64,000 nt of DNA from Phoronis australis (taxonomy: Eukaryota; Animalia; Phoronida), in the NCBI GenBank assembly GCA_002633005.1, contig NMRA01000049.1, forward strand, positions 1,160,011 through 1,224,010. The letters run 5' to 3'. The notes under the pieces are model-generated. The model worked only from the letters and a program-made list of their open reading frames with translations, searched no databases and was not told where the DNA came from. A program made the position numbers and the translations under genes. Below are positions 63,501 through 64,000 of this stretch, piece by piece; positions within the stretch are counted from its first letter, which is position 1, and every line of letters begins with the position of its first letter.

Positions 63501-64000
63501 CATCAGATTGAACTCATTTTGTTAATCTGAAATCACACTTATTGACCACCTTAGCAGGCCACAGAAGCCAAAATAAAGATTTCTGTAAATAAAAAGAAAG
63601 AAGTGGGGGTATGATATCATTCAGAGAATTATCAATTTAGTGCATATTGCTTATTGTAGCTGTTGCTGATGTCATTAGCTTATTGTGTGAATTTGTGATG
63701 TGCTTTTTGGTGAAGGACAGTGCAAAGGGGGTAAGGCAAGGTAGAATGTAAAAGATAAGAATTTTCTTAACATCAACAATGTGGAAAGCTTTTATTGAAA
63801 TCGACAATCTGAACACAAATGACAGGTTTTGGATCACAAATTTCTTCGCAAAGTTCAATGTACACAATCAACTTTCACTTTCTGTGATTAACAATATACG
63901 TGAACATTAGAGAAATAGCACACTTTGTATGAATTGTTGTCTGACATGCCATGTTGTGATTGAATCATCTCTATTCATTCTCTAGGGACATCCCTGTGGA
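48343..64000 (+). CDS. CDC40: Pre-mRNA-processing factor 17 (CDC40/PRP17, WD40), multi-exon, 3' end beyond the window
   Basis: Exons 48343-48513, 50949-51035, 53196-53325 (duplicate 54865-54994), 57611-57697, 58176-58318, 58775-58871, 60253-60467, 60729-60876, 61604-61719, 62711-62844, 63986-64000+. Motifs: [124 protein letters not shown]. Confidence 0.96.
50949..51035 (+). CDS. CDC40: CDC40 exon 2
   Basis: [29 protein letters not shown]; cag / gtaatc. Confidence 0.92.
53196..53325 (+). CDS. CDC40: CDC40 exon 3 (copy 1)
   Basis: VGPVNPFK...[11 protein letters not shown]; cag / gtaagc. Confidence 0.92.
54865..54994 (+). CDS. CDC40: CDC40 exon 3 (copy 2, probably the alternate haplotype)
   Basis: Near-identical copy (one synonymous aat/aac difference seen) inside the duplicated block after the single N at 54498. 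Confidence 0.75.
55591..57196 (+). mobile_element. HINE-like element, copy D (about 9 monomers); its 5' part is duplicated at 53989-54497
   Basis: Same 5' end tttttatgcg...gtggtcgcatattgccgtcatctctgt and 3' end gtgggcgcatttcaatgctccgcgttgctcttgtt. Confidence 0.8.
57611..57697 (+). CDS. CDC40: CDC40 exon 4
   Basis: GYAVDPSVG...AEESK; tttcag / gtaata. Confidence 0.92.
58176..58318 (+). CDS. CDC40: CDC40 exon 5
   Basis: GLTVFE...[10 protein letters not shown]...PNE; cag / gtattt. Confidence 0.93.
58775..58871 (+). CDS. CDC40: CDC40 exon 6
   Basis: [18 protein letters not shown]...EEKTTLH; tag / gtgagt. Confidence 0.92.
60253..60467 (+). CDS. CDC40: CDC40 exon 7
   Basis: [13 protein letters not shown]...SCSMDCKIK; cag / gtaggt. 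Confidence 0.95.
60729..60876 (+). CDS. CDC40: CDC40 exon 8
   Basis: [23 protein letters not shown]...LWDTET; tag / gtatgt. Confidence 0.95.
61229..61299. mobile_element. 71-bp MITE with CATG ends and 5-bp TSD
   Basis: catgggtggcgca / tgcaccgcccatg; tagta on both sides. Confidence 0.65.
61604..61719 (+). CDS. CDC40: CDC40 exon 9
   Basis: [20 protein letters not shown]...DKKIVC; cag / gtatgt. Confidence 0.94.
62096..62570. mobile_element. Kolobok-like MITE, same family as 1140-1680
   Basis: ttga-ggttatgtaagacc ... gggtcctacattgcc-ttaa; 3' half resembles 1545-1680. Confidence 0.55.
62711..62844 (+). CDS. CDC40: CDC40 exon 10
   Basis: [20 protein letters not shown]...LWE; cag / gtaagc. Confidence 0.95.
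63986..64000 (+). CDS. CDC40: CDC40 exon 11 (start only)
   Basis: ctctag acceptor then (W)DIPV. Confidence 0.85.

Overview
Eukaryotic, intron-rich, AT-rich animal DNA from a draft scaffold with N gaps; an invertebrate is likely and a lophotrochozoan is my inference only. It holds three spliced genes: a malic enzyme (+, first exon off-window), WASF/WAVE/SCAR (-, complete CDS) and CDC40/PRP17 (+, runs off the right end). WASF and CDC40 are head-to-head, as WASF1 and CDC40 are in human. Introns and spacers carry many mobile elements. Most notable are (1) a young, 5'-truncated Penelope-like retroelement (RT + GIY-YIG) with a perfect 93-bp inverted pLTR, a 12-bp TSD and a minimal U3-A8 hammerhead ribozyme, nested inside (2) a Helentron-type non-autonomous element (HINE; three loci plus one duplicated fragment) whose internal ~145-bp tandem monomers each carry a co-oriented CTCF-consensus-like motif. 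Also present: a tRNA-derived SINE, hAT-, Kolobok- and Harbinger-like MITEs, CATG-ended MITEs with 5-bp TSDs, a decayed Sola2-like transposase, minisatellites, and two probable haplotype duplications joined by single Ns. All coordinates were read by eye.
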